From Trichinella spiralis (taxonomy: Eukaryota): a DNA stretch of 20,000 nucleotides. Positions 1 to 13,587 of the stretch are shown piece after piece; position 1 is the stretch's first letter; each line of letters opens with the position of its first letter. Below the pieces are notes generated by a model. That model was not told the origin of the DNA. It did no database searches and saw only the letters and a program-made list of their open reading frames with translations. Position numbers and translations under genes: made by a program. The stretch spans positions 7,737,389-7,757,388 of the forward strand of contig NW_003526941.1 in NCBI RefSeq assembly GCF_000181795.1. The letters run 5' to 3'.

Positions 1-2044
1 ATCCAGAAATTATTCTGTTTAAAATATAACGTTATGAAAATATTATTTTTAACTGACCAGAGTTAAAACCTTCGGGTTTGAAGCATTTTAATGGAAATTT
101 AATCCTAACAGCACACAAAAATAATATATAAGTCTTGTTTACTCGAACTGATTAACTATGCCTTTCTATAAATTAATGTAAAGTTTCACCCATAATAGTT
201 TAAATTAAAATTGTAATGTTTCCATTAGTAGAATTTAATGATTCATCTATGATCATGCAAACTTCCATTATTCAAAAAGCGATGAAAATGAGAGTAGGGG
301 ATTAATTCCTAATCTACTACATTGACAATATTCGAGTTGTGGAAAAATTAATTCTTGCTTATCTGAAAACCTACATAAGGAATAGTAAGATAAGAATGAT
401 TAGCAATGACATATTTAAATTTCAGGTTTGTTGAGCGAGTAATAAATTATGGTTCTTTCTTAATGAAGAGACCAATTGTGCATATGTCATCTTCACCTCA
501 GAAGTGACAATACATGTTTCGAAATGCAAACTTTAAGTTATAATGTTGATTTATCTCGACTTGATACTAATAATTGCAGTTTATTTCACATTCTTCTTTT
601 GTGTTATAAAAGTTTTTTAACTCTCATGTATAAACTTAAAACATTACATTTATTTTATTTTTTGTTTGTCTTTTTATGATGAATATTGTAGTCGAAGCAT
701 TTTGAACTTCTTAAATCAGCGCTGTTTGAAGTAAATTCAAAAAATAGGTTAAAATCTTTGAATTTTAGGTTTTCCTAAAACAGCAGTTTTAGAATGAAAA
801 TGATCATATCATTATAATACGAAGATTTTCTTTAAAACCTAATGGCAAGCCTTAACATAACTACGCAATAGTAGTGCAAAAGTAAAATGTTTAACAAGTT
901 TGAGTTTTAAAATTAATATAATTTTAGTCAGGTCGATCTTACTTTTAAAATTAAATTGTCTTCACTTAAAAGTATTTAATGTTCAGTTATTTAAGTTATT
1001 TTTTATTAAAAAATTACTGTTTTCGTAATTACCCCAAACTGCTAAATGTTAATCGCCAAATAAATGCTGAAATCAGAATATCCAGTTCAAGCTAAAATTT
1101 AATAATGGGTTACATTTTTTTCATTTTATTTCATATTTTTAAATAAATATTTTAATTTAATGAAATTTAAATTCATTTGATTTATAAAACAAATTTAGGT
1201 TTATACTACATTAACACTTTTAACAATGATATCTTACTGTAGTTTTTGAAACCAGTCCGTTTGAGCTGTAAATGCTGTTAACAGTCGTCTTCAGAATTAG
1301 TATAACTTGATCCTGTATTGTTCTTGGTAAATTTTTTATGCATAATTTTTTCTTAAGTTTTTTTTGTTTTGTGAAATACTCTTCACTTTATTGTTTTCTG
1401 CAATGATGGTTTTTAGGTTATGAATTTTGTACTGTTTTGTTTAATGAGTTTTTTCGTTGAATAGAAGTTCATCGTAAATATTTATGTATTCAGTTTGAAA
1501 TGTTTAATTTGATTATGTTTTGTTTACCTTATTAGTGATATTTGTACGTCTTATTCTTATTTGATTATAATTACATTAAAACGCTAAGTCCTTTTTGTTC
1601 ATTTCTTTGTTTCTTCGTTCTCTTGGTTTAGTTTCGTTGAAGAGATATTTTATGTTTTAAATTTTTTTAGATTTTATTCTGTGCTTCCCTGAAGAATGTA
1701 TATTACCGATATGTTTATAATTATTGGTTGACTGATTTATTATTTTGCTACAGATGATGCAGCATTCTTTTTGCTAATTTTTTAGTTTTTAGTTATTAGA
1801 AAATTAATTTTCATCACAGTTATTCAGCATGTACTGTTATTTTTTTAAAATTATTCTGAGAAGTGCAGTTGAATGATCACACAAAATTGTCTAAATTAAA
1901 ATAATATTAAATTTTATTATTTCAAATTTAGATTTGTTTTAGTTTTTTGTGGGCTGGGTAGTTGTAAATGTATGTGTAATTTATATAATATTTATCCATT
2001 ATGACCTCTATATAATTTTTATTCTGTTTTGGCAGACTTTTCCA

Positions 2045-5000
2045 ATGCTTACGAATGACGAGCATATAGCGTGCTCGGTTTTGGAGTCGGAACAAATTGA
2101 AAATGATGAGAGTAAGTTTACATAATAAATTGTATTTTTTTTATTAAAATGGGATGTGACATTTACATTTGCGTTACTTTATATTATTTTTAGAAACGAT
2201 TAAGGGCATTAATCAAACGGAAGATGAAATTCGTGCTATATGTCTGGTTGGTTCTGTAGCACATGATGGTAAATTAAAGGAAGTATTAAAAGTAATAAAA
2301 TGCTTCTGTTCGTCGTATCATGGTCTTGTAATATTTTTTTAATTTAAGACTGTTTTTAACTTAATTGTTTATGAATCAGAAAAGGGAGTGGAGTACATTT
2401 CTCAGAAGGATGTCGCATTTGTGCTTGAAAACTTTAGTGGACCTGATTTCAACTATCTTTACCACGCAGGACGTCGTATTTTTGGGCCAACAATTATTTT
2501 TGAATCTTCTCAGTCAAGTGCTGTAAATATAGAACTATTTGTTTACTTTATTGATTTGTTTTTAATTTAGCAAGTAGGTAATGAATGATGTAATTATTTT
2601 ATGAGTTAACATAAAATTATACACTATTTATTTTGATAATTTACATGAAATATTATATTTGTTTATGTTTATTGTTTTTCTTTATTTACAATACACGATT
2701 TTGTAACTCATTTTGTGGAAAATTGATTTTATTATGAGCATAGGTGTAAAATAATCTATGAAAATGAAGGCCTGAAATTTAATGTTTTGTAGAAGCTTCC
2801 AATTAAGTCAAGACCTTTATATTGCAACGCAATGAAGGAAGTAACAGTTTGCTTTGCCGGACTACATGATAAGAAAGTTTTGGTGAATAATTTTCTAGAA
2901 TTGAATTACTTTTATTAGTGAACTGCTATTATTTTATTAAGTCAAATGTGGTTGATCTTGTCCACCATATGGGCGGAAGTGTTCGAAAAAATTTCACAAT
3001 GAGTGTAACTCATGTTGTTACAAACACCACTCAAAGCTCAAAATATCGAGTAAGTGAATCTCAATTACAATTGACGAACCATTTCGTTTGATTCCATATT
3101 TTCTTATTGTTTATTTATGCGAATCAATAAAATTCAAAATCATTATAATATAAAATAATTTTATTTAATGTCACAGTAAATTATTAACTGAATTGTACGC
3201 TTAAAGCTTGCTGTTGGTATGGGAAAAGCTGTAATGCACGTGGATTGGATATTCAAAATGTGGGAACGCCGTTCCAATGCTCATGTATCAGCTCTGTCAC
3301 CTGACTGGGTAATTAATTTGGTTTTTGAACAGATTTTTTAAATTTTTTAAAATATTTTTTTAGTCATGCTTCAAGCTGAAACCTTTCTTCGCGCTAAAAC
3401 TTTATTTTCGCGGATTTTTACCAAATGAAGAGAATCATATGAAAGAACTTGCTATTCAGAATGGTATTTTTTTTTGATTTTCACTTTCAGCATATAATTC
3501 ATGGTTGAATTACAGGAGCTGTTGTGACCGATTGTAATGCTTGTACTCATTTTGTTGTGGATCCGTCTGTTCGTTATGAAGATTTAACAGACAGTGATCG
3601 AAATCTTCAATGTCGTTTTGTTACTGCAGAAGTACAAATTTTCTAATACTAGTCTAAACAATGTACATTGAATGGTTTTAGTGGTTTTGGTTAAGTATTC
3701 AGTTGGATATTTGTGCTAATGAAGATATGTATACGTTAATGGATAAGGTAGGCACTGTTGTATATTTAATTATGTGTTAATAATTATCAGTTATATGTAG
3801 GATCAAAAATGTCGCAAGCGGTCTAAAAGCCCAGCGGTGTTTGAAAATAAGCGTCATGCAAAGCGGCTTTCTGAATTTCATGGCAGTGGTGACTTGAATC
3901 CTTTTTCATCGCATTGTTCTTCTTTGGACGTATCCAGTGATTATTCCTCAATGCTAGGAGGTAAAATTACTATAGACTATTCAACTATGGAAAAACGTGA
4001 ACATTTTTTGTGTAGATCAGATGTTTTCTTCTGAGGATTTGGATAATCTAATGAAATCTCCTAAAAAGGGTATGAGCAAACGTCAACAAATTGCTGTGGA
4101 AATGCTTCAGACAGAATTCAAATATGTCCAAGTGTTGCACACGATAATAACGGTAACAAAAACGTAACTTATGGTTGTTGGTTCTTTATTTTTATGCTTT
4201 CTAGATTTATAAGGAACCGTTGGAAAGTCCAGATAGTACTGTGGGTGGTCATTTGTTGGATTCTGCAGAAATGAAACTTATATTTGGAAATTTGCCTCCG
4301 ATTTATGTGATACATCAAAAACTGCATAAAGAGTTGGCAAATTTGATTGCACATTGGTCAGAAGATAGATGTATTGGAAATGTTTGGCTTCAGCACGTAT
4401 TCGAAAAATTGCTATGCTTTTGATGTTTGGTTTTTTAAAATTACAGCTTTAGGCTGACAAGCTGGTGAAAGCATATCCACCTTTTGTAAATTTTTACGAG
4501 CGAACAAAAGAAACTCTTAATAAATGTGACAAGAGTAAACCACGTTTTCATGCATTTCTCAAAGTTGGTTTATTTATTTATTAATTATTATCAATATATT
4601 GTTCAAGTATTTGATGTTTATTTTATTTTATAGGCACGTCAAAATAGGCCAGAATCGAATCGAGAAAGCTTGCAAGAATTGATCATTCGCCCTGTGCAAC
4701 GTCTTCCTAGTGTTATTTTGTTATTGAGTGGTTTGTATTTTTTTCGTCATAATTGAGTTTATACAATTTTATTATATCAGTAATATAATAATTGAAATTT
4801 CTGTTTTAATAATAAAAAAATTGCCTGAATTGTATGTTTTTCAATTTTTGAAAAAGATTTTCGAATTTTGAAAATGGTTGCATTTTTTTGCTTGCAAAAC
4901 TGTTCTCAGCAGAAATTATTTTTAGAACTGTTGAAAAATACAGACAAAGCAAATAAAGACCACCAATGCATTGCAAAAGCTATTGATGCACTGAAACGAG

Positions 5001-6309
5001 TACTGACGTAAGTGATCATATCATACAAAACTGTGAAGTGAAGCTTATCACATAGCTAGCTAGTTATGTTGCTTGTATTCGGCATATTTATGGTTTATTG
5101 TGATTGTTTTAAACAGAAGAACAACTTTTGTTAAATAAATCGAAATAATAATAGCAGAAATTTGAATATTATTTTTTTGACTTTTCATTTCAGGCATATT
5201 AACGAAGACAAAAGGAAAACTGAAGGACAAGTGAAGCTTTTTGATATTGTAAACGAGATCGAAAACTGCCCAGTTAGATGTTTGACGAATTATTTATCCT
5301 TCGATATTAATGTGAATATTTTAGCCTTATTTGCTTTCTTCACAACGGCAGTTTATCACTTCCATTTCTGTGACATCCCTTTCTCATGGCTTTGTCAAAA
5401 AAGGTTCTCAGTGTGTTTTTTATTTGTTTAATGATTGTCTTGAGGTAAAATGGGTTTTCAATTCTGATGTTTTTCAAATTTGCATCTTGAGAAAATTGTA
5501 CAGGTTGCGAAGTCGAGACAAAAAACCAACGGAAGAGAAGAGACGCGGACGTTGCATGCAACATTGAAGCCGTACAAGCATGCAGAGTTGCTATTTTTAT
5601 CCAACATTCGTCGCGTGATCGATGTAACTTGTTTTGAAGGTATTATCTTGTTGCTGTTTTTTCAACATAATCTTCATAAATTAACAATTTGCATGCTATG
5701 TTGCTTGAGTTGGTTTTTGAAGTGAAAAGCTCCACTGGTTATTTATTATTCATATTTTGATTGACTACAATATATATTTTTTAGTAATATAAAAATTGTC
5801 TTGTTATAGAAGCATCAAATATATTTTGTTTGACTATTCGCAATAATATGGGCGACACGAATTATCCATTCCAGCTAGTGGATGAGACTGCCAACGAGGC
5901 TCGTCGTATGTTTTTGGAGAAGTTGTGCGATCAAGTTCTGAAAACTGTCGGTCGTGTCGATTTCTGCTTGCAATCCTTGCAGTCAGCCGACGCTGATGGT
6001 GATAGCGATCTGGCTCTGACAATTCAAAAAGCGATAAAGTAAATTAATTAATTAATTTCTTACATATACAATATGCATTTCAGGCATTTAAAATACGGTG
6101 GCCGAAGACTTAGTAGAGCCTTTTCGTTTAATAAAACTCAAACATCCCTACGCAGAGCTGTTAGCCAGATTGCAGTCAACGTAGGTGGTCATCTTCGACG
6201 GATGTCCAGGTCGAATTTGCGCTTGCCGTTGCAACAAATTCACGAAGAAGCCCAGCAGCAGCAATCATCAAGTTCACTTTTTTTTACTAATCATCATATT
6301 CGACGTTAA
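2045..6309 (+). CDS. ect-2: ECT2/Pebble Rho guanine nucleotide exchange factor (BRCT repeats, DH, PH, polybasic C-tail); 20 exons, about 829 aa
   Basis: Hand-spliced exons: 2045-2111, 2194-2291, 2349-2522, 2793-2882, 2942-3049, 3207-3308, 3364-3463, 3516-3631, 3682-3747, 3801-3960, 4016-4152, 4205-4396, 4453-4563, 4634-4730, 4926-5007, 5194-5272, 5325-5444, 5504-5639, 5810-6038, 6084-6309. All introns are GT-AG and the exons total 2490 nt in one open frame. ECT2-like motifs: BRCT region LPIKSRPLYCNAM, LVHHMGGSVRKNF...VTHVV, WFWLSIQ; DH domain KRQQIAVEMLQTEFKYV, YPPFVNFYE, PRFHAFLK, LIIRPVQRLPSV, HINEDKRKTE; C-tail RAFSFNKT. The start ATG 2045 follows an acceptor (ggcag, ends 2035), so an upstream coding exon is not excluded. 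Confidence 0.95.
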
Positions 6310-6420
6310 TTTACAGTTGATTTATGGAAAGTAATTTTACCAAATATCTTTTCATTACTGTTAATTATTCCAGGTTTTAAAACAAGCAGGAAAAAGAAAT
6401 AATCATATATGTTGTCATGC

Positions 6421-6500
6421 TATTTTATTATTATTATTACTATTATTATTATTATATATATATACATACATACATATCTATATACTGCATACATATATAA
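6421..6500. repeat. Compound imperfect microsatellite (TAT)n-(TA)n-(TACA)n downstream of ect-2
   Basis: tattttattattattattactattattattattatatatatatacatacatacatatctatatac is visible directly. Confidence 0.85.
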
Positions 6501-7501
6501 GATATTAAAGTTGTTTTATTTCTCTGTTCCATATTCCAGAGATTATTCTTTTGTAAAAATATTAAAGTATGATAAAATAATTTTCAATTATAACATGTTT
6601 AAGAAAACAGAATAACAATCTCTCTTCACACGTCACTAAAAGTAATTCTACAACTGTAAAGCATGTTTAAATAACTAAATCAATATAAGATGTCAAGAGA
6701 TACGTTTTTGAAATTGAACAAACGCTCATCATCACCAGATGGCATTATGACGAAAATAGGGCAATGCAAAATAATAGGCATAATGAATCAGAGTTGACCA
6801 ATTAGAGCTTACCTGCTGCCCTCATGCAATCGATCGAGGAATAGCATATGTTTATAGAGGTTTTGGGCGTTTTTGAAAGAATATATTAAAAGATTTTTCA
6901 ATTTAATATTTAAAAATTTATAAAGCTAAATTCAAAATTGAACAAATCATCTTATTCTATTAATAACTAAATTCAAATTATTACAGTATAAATTCCATGA
7001 TTATAGTATTTGATGTTCAAGTTTTTTCCAATTTGGTTCAGTTGTTCTGCTGGCATTGTGCTGGAAAAATTTGCATTTTAATTTCGATTCTTGCTCCAAT
7101 TATTATTGATGGAAATTTCGAATATTGTGAATTGATATTTTTTATTCTTTCCATTAATGCCGAATTAATTAAGCAGTGTTGAATGGTAATTAAAATTGTT
7201 TAAAGATGCCAAATGAATTGATTTGTGCTGTTTAAAATTTCCATCCGAACTCTGAAATAGCGGTTCTTTTGTAAACAGTAGTTGTTTGAAATGTGTTGAC
7301 TGTCTGATGAAAGTGGCGAAATTATGGATGTTGGAGTAATTCATTTGACGTGAACTAGTTGTTTTCAAAATTTCAGCCGTGAAAAGCGTAGTTTGAACAG
7401 ACAGGTTCCCAGTCGTCAACTATTTGACGGCATCTGTTATTGCAGTGAGTTCGATTAAGCGTTGGAAAGTAATAGTTGTGTTGGTTTCATTTTAGCATCG
7501 G

Positions 7502-10500
7502 ATGCAAAAGATGGACTGGCTGCTTGTTCACATCGATTTTCTTATTGACTATATGTCCACGTTGACAGGTTGGCTTAAGCTGAGAATTATTGCCAGTTTG
7601 GTGATCGTTTCGAACAAAACTTTTTAGTGGAAAAATTATACAATGACATCCGGATGTTTGTGTTTTCATGTTTTTTGGCTTTGATTCATCTGATTGATTG
7701 GTGTCGACGCTTGTACAACGTAACTTTTGGAGAATTGGAACCATGGCAAATATCGGCGTATACATTTTGTGCTTTTTCGGTTTTTCTTTGGTTGGATAAG
7801 TTTTTTCACTGTGAAGAAGGTAAATGTTGTTCAGTTTTGACAAAATTTACATATTTCCTTTTTCTTTTGCAATTAAGCATTTGTTGTTCGTTTGGAGAAA
7901 ACGTTGTTTCGAACTGCTCGTCGACTTCCTTGGGTGAAACGGAAAATAAGTGTTCAACTTTCGAAAACAAGGCAGTCTGTTCAAATGGAGCTTCAAAAAA
8001 ATGATCCTGATCCGGAATTTATTCGCCATTTACCAGACCGAGGCTTTGATCAAGTAAATTTGCTATTGCCCATTTTCAATTAGTACGTTTGATTTGAACT
8101 TTTCAAGAATGATATCATCGCCAAAGCTGAGCGATACCAGAAAGCAGGTAAGTTAATAAATCAAATTTAAAGTTTCAGATTGCCAGCATGTTATGCGTGT
8201 AGTTAGTGGTCGTCGAACAATATTCATGTGGTTTTTTTTTGATTTTTTAGGAACTTTTGATTTCAGCAAAGGAAAAGTCTCTGGTGCTGTATATAACGCG
8301 AATGTTGAGCTTGTTTCTTTGAATGCCGAAGTGAGGAGATGGAATTTATTTTTATTTTCTTTGAAAAATTTTTTATTTTGATTTATTTGAAAATTATCTA
8401 TTCAAAGCTTTAATCAAGAGTTTTATTTTTTCTTTTAAAGTTGAAACTTGTTGTTGAATTATTGCTCATGAAATGTTATATTCAAATTTGAGTTTTTAAT
8501 TTAATGTTTGTGCATGTGTGCAAGTTTGCATTAGCATTTTGATTTGAGCACAGCATATGTTGTTTATACTGCCAGTTGCTTCAGAATAAATAGGTGTGTA
8601 TGCTTTTACAGTAGACTTTGCTAGTTAAAAATTCTTGTTTCTTTATTTATCAACCAGTTTACAGTGGTTCATTGTAGAAAACTATTGGTGCACTGAATTG
8701 TTGTTTCTATAGCTAAAGAGTTAGGATAAAGTTAATTTACGACAAACAACTATATTCTATATACCACGAAAAGGTATATCAAATGATGTATAAATTGGTA
8801 TAAAATTTGATAATTCAAAATTATTTAAGAAAGCAAATAATATCAGAAAATTTTGTTTTTAAATTTCTTCGTGTTCTTTACACACCTGCTTCTGAAATAA
8901 TTACAACGATTGTGACTGTTAATTAATTTTAATGTAGCATATCTAAAAGGAGATTTTTTAGTAAATTAAATTTTATCAGAATCTGGCAACATGATAATCT
9001 GATGAATGAAATTTTATTTCAGATTATGAAATTATTTTGCTGGTCTAATCCATTGCATCCTGATATATTTCCTGGCATTCGTAAGATGGAAGCTGAAATT
9101 GTGAGAATGGTTTGCAATATGTTTAATGGTGGCAACAACGCCTGCGGAACGGTAAACTGTTTTATATTCAGCCATGTGTGCATATTGAATTGGATTATTT
9201 TTGAATTATGCAATGTCATGAAAAATTAGCAGTACATGTGATGATAATATCTTTTTTGTTTCGATATTTTTCTTTTATTTCCATTTTATTGACCACAATT
9301 CAGGTTACTTCTGGTGGTACGGAATCATTGTTGCTTGCTTGTCTTGCTTACCGAAATCGTGCCTATGACAGAGGAAACAAAGATCCAGAGATGTAATAAA
9401 TTTTTAATAATTTGCGTTAATTGTATTTTTTTTGTAATTTTTAAAACAGTGTTGTTCCGGTATCGGCTCATGGTGCGTTTGACAAAGCTGCCCAGATGCT
9501 TCGACTTCGTATTCGACATGTACCACTGGAAGCAGGTACTTTTAAAGTTGATTTGGACAAAATGAAGCAAATGATTACAAAGTCGACCTGTATGGTACGT
9601 GGGTTAATCATTTTTATAATTTTTTTTGAAATTTTTTAAATTCGTTCAGCTGGTTGCTTCGGCACCCAATTTTCCCTACGGTATAATCGATCCAATTGAA
9701 CAAGTTGCCGCTGTAAGTTATTATTGTTATTGTTATTTTCATTATTATTAAAAATAAATTGTCGATTAGCTTGGTGAAAAATTTGGCATTCCCGTTCACG
9801 TAGACTGTTGTCTTGGGGGATTTTTGTTGCCATTCATGGAGCGTGCCGATTATCCACTAGATGAAGAATTTGATTTTCGTATTCGCGGTGTTACCAGCAT
9901 TTCATGCGATACGCATAAAGTAAATATTATTATTATATTTGAAGCATTTATAAAAATTGCTTTGTAAAATATGTTATTTATTGTAAGAAAAAATTTCTTT
10001 TAGTATGGATTTAGCACAAAAGGAACATCAGTACTGATGTATCGAAATAAACTTTATCAGAGGTATCAATATTTCTGTCAGCCCAACTGGCCTGGTGGCA
10101 TTTATGCTACGGCTACCGTTGCTGGTAAAAAATTAATGAAAATATTGAAAAAGAGAATTGTATGATTTGTGTTAAAGTGGAAATTTAATTTTGTTCTTTC
10201 AGGTAGTCGAAACGGTGCTAATAGTGCTTCGTGTTGGGCAACCATGCTTCATTTTGGCATTCACGGTTATGTTCAATGCACCCGGAAAATTATACGCACA
10301 GCTCGTTACATTGAACGAAAGTAGAAACGACAAATATCATTTATTTTCCATTTAAATTACATTGTTTTTCTTTTCTTTTCAGATTACGCGAAGTGAAAGG
10401 TATCTATATATTTGGTCATCCGCGGGTCAGTGTTGTTGCTTTCACATCATACGTATTTGATATCTATGCGTTTGCGAGTCAGATGGGCGATCGGGGTTGG

Positions 10501-10973
10501 TCGTTGAATTTACTTCAGCTACCTCCGGCGTAAGATGAATAGGCTTATCGCTATTATCGATGTAAATATCCATGTTTGATTTCACATTCCAGTGTCCATT
10601 TTTGCATAACAATGAATCAAACACATGAAGGCGTGGCGCACAGTTTCATCGAAGATGCCACTGCTGTGGCGGAAGCATTGCTCGAAGACCCGTCGAAAAG
10701 CAATGATATTTCTGGCGCGGTAAGGCAGCCCCCCTCTTTCTCTCTCTCTCTTCCTCTGTAATCCACTCAGATATGTTATTATGCTTTTTGAATTTTGAAT
10801 TTGTTTTGAAATTATTCATAAACTGTTTGCTTGCTGTTCAGGCTGCACTTTACGGCTCGTCGCAAACACTGCCTGACCGAACCCTAGTCAACGAAATTGC
10901 CTGCGCTTATTTGGACGCTTGTTATGCAACTGAAACGAAATGCGATCCGGACGATTTGGACGGCTTGATCTGA
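7502..10973 (+). CDS. spl-1: Sphingosine-1-phosphate lyase (PLP-dependent, group II decarboxylase fold, N-terminal membrane anchor); 15 exons, about 591 aa
   Basis: Exons: 7502-7568, 7628-7819, 7878-8053, 8108-8147, 8251-8330, 9023-9151, 9304-9392, 9450-9594, 9650-9712, 9770-9919, 10004-10124, 10203-10320, 10383-10529, 10593-10719, 10842-10973 (1776 nt, open frame, GT-AG introns). SPL motifs: [60 protein letters not shown]-lysine motif [10 protein letters not shown] (Lys codon 9917-9919), WPGGIYA...AGSR, AALYG. The start could be ATG 7502 or the in-frame ATG 7511. The symbol denotes the SGPL1/DPL1/spl family; exact orthology is untested. Confidence 0.96.
10732..10758. repeat. (CT)n microsatellite in the last intron of the S1P lyase
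   Basis: ctctttctctctctctcttcctct. Confidence 0.75.
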
Positions 10974-11034
10974 CCAAACATGCAAATTGATCATAACGAT
11001 GTAAAGCAAGAAAATTTTTTTTATTTTCTAACGA

Positions 11035-11060
11035 ACACACACACACACATATATGTATAT
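11035..11060. repeat. (AC)n(AT)n microsatellite between the lyase and ALDH3 3' ends
   Basis: acacacacacacacatatatgtatat. Confidence 0.8.
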
Positions 11061-11358
11061 TCTAGTTTTACTGAACCTACTGATTGATCATCATTTTATA
11101 ACTTATAGATATGGAAGTGATTATTGGGAAGGAAAAAAACAAGACAATTCGAAAACGGTTATAATTTTTCTTTTCTACTATATTTTTCATCTTTTCACTT
11201 CATCATCGTCGACGACAAAAATTTTCCCACGCTTTGAAAGTAGCTAAAACTTTTATAATAAAGCTACATTGTTCGAATTGAAATTTAAAAATCATAAATG
11301 TATAAAAACAAAAAAATTGAAGTATTTATGCTTTTTTTCATTTCATTACAACTCCTAC

Positions 11359-13587
<2,229 letters not shown>

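Noticed and set aside
60..510. Possible terminal exons of an upstream gene, e.g. acceptor tttcag at 425 followed by FVERVINYGSFLMKRPIVHMSSSPQK*
   Set aside because: I could not join the candidate exons in a consistent phase, and no motif is recognisable.
6409..6615. Hydrophobic ORF MLSCYFIIIITIIIIIYIY...
   Set aside because: It is a translation of the (TAT)n/(TA)n microsatellite.
6626..6847. Minus-strand ATG (6847) with a perfect CAG|GTAAG donor at 6813/6812, giving a possible 20-aa spliced peptide
   Set aside because: Too short, no homology cue, and such sites arise by chance; it would need transcript evidence.
6997..7419. Short ORFs 6997-7182 (+) and 7165-7419 (-) between ect-2 and the lyase
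   Set aside because: No recognisable motifs; the composition is what AT-rich intergenic or UTR DNA gives by chance.
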